Source of the DNA: Deltaproteobacteria bacterium
Lineage (GTDB): Bacteria; Desulfobacterota; Deferrisomatia; Deferrisomatales; JACRMM01
Length of the DNA stretch: 64,000 nucleotides
Assembly: GCA_016214985.1 (NCBI GenBank)
Contig: JACRMM010000063.1
Coordinates: 5,460 to 69,459, forward strand
Direction: 5' to 3'
Shown: positions 62,111 through 64,000 of the stretch, piece by piece
Layout of the letters: the number at the start of each line of letters is the position of its first letter
Numbering within the stretch: position 1 is the stretch's first letter
Position numbers and translations under genes: made by a program
Notes under the pieces: generated by a model
Told to the model about the DNA's origin: nothing
Databases searched by the model: none
The model's input: the letters and a program-made list of their open reading frames with translations, nothing else

Positions 62111-64000
62111 ATGGTTACCCGCTTCGTGGTACTCGTCCTCTGTGTGATGGGACTGGTCGGCTGCTCCAAGTCACCCGCCGAGAAGGCCGCCGCCCACAAG
62201 GCCAAGGCCGCCACATATCTCAAGGACGGTAAAGTCGACGAGGCGGTGCTGGAGCTTCGAAATGTGCTCCAGGACACCCCCACGGATGCTGGCGCGCTCC
62301 TCTCGCTCGGAGAGGCCCTCTCGAGGAAGGGCCAACTGTCCGAGGCGTTCCAATCGTACCGGAAGGCGGCGGAGCTGGACCCGAAGAACCTGGATGCCCA
62401 GGTGAAGCTCGGCGAGCTCTATGCAGTCGGAAACAAGCTCGATGACGCGCGCAAGTGTGCCGCTGTGGTGGCCGCCGGCGCGCCGAACCGCGCCGACGGC
62501 CACATGCTGCTCGCGAGGATCCACTTGCGGGAGGGGAAGGGCGACGAGGCGTTTCGGGAGATCAACCACGCCATCGAATTGGAGCCCGGTAACACGGACA
62601 ACCGGCTGGCCCTGGCCACGGTGCTGCTGGCCTCCCGCCGGGTCGAGGAAGCGAGGAAAGCCGTCGACGAGGTCCTGACCAAGGAGGCCACGAATTCGGG
62701 TGCGCTCCTCCTGCTGGCGCAGATCGCGGAGCTCCAGAAGGACCCCAAGGGAGCGGAGGACGCCTTTGCCCGGCTCCTCCAGGCCAGGCCCGACGACTCG
62801 GGCGCGTGGATGAACTACGGGAACTTCTGGGCGTCCAGACAAGACGAGAAGAAGGCCCTGGACTCGTACCGGAAGGCCGGCGAGGTCGACAAGAAGGGGA
62901 CTGCAGGCTGGGAGAAGCTTGCCGAGATCTACCTGAGCAAGCCGGATCTGGCGTCCGCGAAGCAGGTCGTCGGGGAGATTCGTTCGCGGGTTCCGAAGAG
63001 TACGGCGGCGACGTACTACGAAGGCCGCGTCGCTCTGGCCGAAGGGAAGCTGGGCGACGCGTCGGGCAAGTTGAGCGAAGTGCTGAAGGAGTACCCGAAC
63101 CGAGCGGAGGTTCACTACTTTCTCGGCGTTACTCGGTACGGTCAGCGCAACGCTCAACAGGCCAAGGCAGAGCTGCAACGAGCCGTCGAATTGCAGCCCG
63201 GGTTCGTAAAGGCGCGGATGCTGCTGGCCCAGACGCACCTGGAACTCCGAGAGTTCGACCTCGCCCTGAAGCAGACCGACGAGATCTTCAAGACCGGTCG
63301 GGTGCCCGGCGAGGCGGCTCTACTCCGGGCCTCCGCCCTGCTGGGACTCGGAAGGGTTGTCGAGGGAAGGGGGCTCCTGGAGAAGGTGGTGGCTCAGACG
63401 CCGGGCAACGCGCGGGCCCAGGCGAGGCTGGGCATCGCCTACCTCGCGGAGAGGAAGCCGCAAAAAGCTCTCGAGGCGTTCACGAAGGCGTCCGACGCAG
63501 ACGCGAAGGACCTTGGGTCCATGGCCATGGCTGCCCGAATCCTGGTTTCCCAGAACAGGATCGACGAGGCGGTGGGCCGCGTGGAAGCGCAGATGAAGAA
63601 GGCCGGCGAGTCGGCCCGCGCCCGGGAGCTCCTCGGGCAGCTCTCTCTGGCGCGAAAGGACACGGCGAGGGCTCAAAAGGAGTTCGAGCGGGCGATCGAC
63701 GTGGATCCCAACGCGGTGGAGGCCTACCTGGCTCTGGCCGCCCTCCACCAGGGACCGGACGCGGTGCGCAAGGCGCTCGAGGACACCGACCGCGCGATTG
63801 CCAAGAAGCCCCAATACCTCCAGGCGTGGATGCTCAAGGGAGCCCTCCACGACCAGGCGGGCCAGGTCGAGGAGGCGAACCAGGCGTATCGAAAGGCGCT
63901 CGAGATCAAAGCGGACTTTGTACCGGCCCTCAACAACCTGGCCTGGAACCTGGCCGAGCACGGTGGCAACCTCGACGAGGCGCTCAAGTTCGCGGAGCGG
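62111..64000 (+). CDS. TPR-repeat lipoprotein, PEP-CTERM-system PrsT-like (N-terminal 630 codons; 3' end outside window). Not present in the supplied ORF track
   Basis: ATG 62111 with AAGGAG 7 nt upstream (alternative in-frame ATG 62090). Lipoprotein signal MVTRFVVLVLCVMGLVGC|S. The frame was hand-translated at 62111-62450 and 63182-63480 with no stop, and it ends exactly on a codon boundary at 64000. Successive TPR units (e.g. GKVDEAVLELRNVLQDTPTDAGALLSLGEAL, EAFQSYRKAAELDPKN). Confidence 0.85.
   Translation, partial: MVTRFVVLVLCVMGLVGCSKSPAEKAAAHKAKAATYLKDGKVDEAVLELRNVLQDTPTDAGALLSLGEALSRKGQLSEAFQSYRKAAELDPKNLDAQVKLGELYAVGNKLDDARKCAAVVAAGAPNRADGHMLLARIHLREGKGDEAFREINHAIELEPGNTDNRLALATVLLASRRVEEARKAVDEVLTKEATNSGALLLLAQIAELQKDPKGAEDAFARLLQARPDDSGAWMNYGNFWASRQDEKKALDSYRKAGEVDKKGTAGWEKLAEIYLSKPDLASAKQVVGEIRSRVPKSTAATYYEGRVALAEGKLGDASGKLSEVLKEYPNRAEVHYFLGVTRYGQRNAQQAKAELQRAVELQPGFVKARMLLAQTHLELREFDLALKQTDEIFKTGRVPGEAALLRASALLGLGRVVEGRGLLEKVVAQTPGNARAQARLGIAYLAERKPQKALEAFTKASDADAKDLGSMAMAARILVSQNRIDEAVGRVEAQMKKAGESARARELLGQLSLARKDTARAQKEFERAIDVDPNAVEAYLALAALHQGPDAVRKALEDTDRAIAKKPQYLQAWMLKGALHDQAGQVEEANQAYRKALEIKADFVPALNNLAWNLAEHGGNLDEALKFAER

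Noticed and set aside
62171-63961. Minus-strand ORFs 62171-63238 and 63320-63961
   Set aside because: Antisense to the plus-strand TPR lipoprotein frame, which has an SD, a lipobox and clean TPR periodicity. The antisense products are Leu/Arg/Gly-rich without features.

Overview
GC-rich (about two-thirds G+C by eye) bacterial chromosomal segment. Gene content suggests an anaerobic deltaproteobacterium-like lineage: MglA, class III PHA synthase, tungsten AOR, FixCX, PEP-CTERM-type TPR lipoprotein. That placement is inference only. I support about 55 protein-coding genes. I found no rRNA or tRNA genes, no CRISPR array and no transposase, integrase or prophage block. Many long ORFs in the track are antisense or out-of-frame shadows typical of high-GC DNA.

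Gene blocks, in order:
1. A tightly coupled operon: fixC-fixX, an ETF-beta-like gene, a membrane GT2, larE-larB-larC (nickel-pincer cofactor genes, no larA) and a tungsten-type aldehyde:ferredoxin oxidoreductase.
2. A polyhydroxyalkanoate locus: phaR, a coiled-coil protein, class III phaE-phaC, two phasin-like genes, phaJ, a second class I phaC and an adjacent PAS/sigma-54 activator.
3. A four-gene ABC ATPase, FtsX-type permease, LolA-like protein and beta-barrel module.
4. An ADP-forming acetyl-CoA synthetase, an orphan radical SAM/SPASM enzyme, a membrane metallophosphoesterase and a roughly 960-aa secreted repeat protein ending in an EB_dh/DOMON-like domain.
5. An output-less HAMP-PAS sensor divergent from an MglA-type GTPase with a 125-aa C-terminal extension, followed by a ParA-like ATPase and a coupled membrane protein.
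6. deaD, LOG, bpt and an MrfA/MrfB-like helicase-exonuclease pair.
7. An RpoS/RpoD-family sigma factor, an OmpR/HK two-component pair and a GAF-GGDEF protein.
8. Housekeeping genes: a tandem CDP-alcohol phosphatidyltransferase, nth, hsp20, nadE, htrA, an ompA-like gene, mreB and others.
9. The 5' 630 codons of a TPR lipoprotein that runs off the window and is absent from the ORF track.

Most interesting observations:
- Four CTGC-N3-GCAG palindromes confined to PHA-locus intergenic DNA, candidate PhaR operators.
- A GG-N10-GC sigma-54 promoter in front of the class I phaC.
- A relic 3' fragment of an outer-membrane gene paralog.
- A larC that lacks its C-terminal domain.
- An in-frame 51-bp tandem duplication inside the radical SAM gene.
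- The MglA-extension/ParA-like module and the repeat/EB_dh protein.

No single clearly novel system can be proven from sequence alone. The candidates are ranked in the findings.
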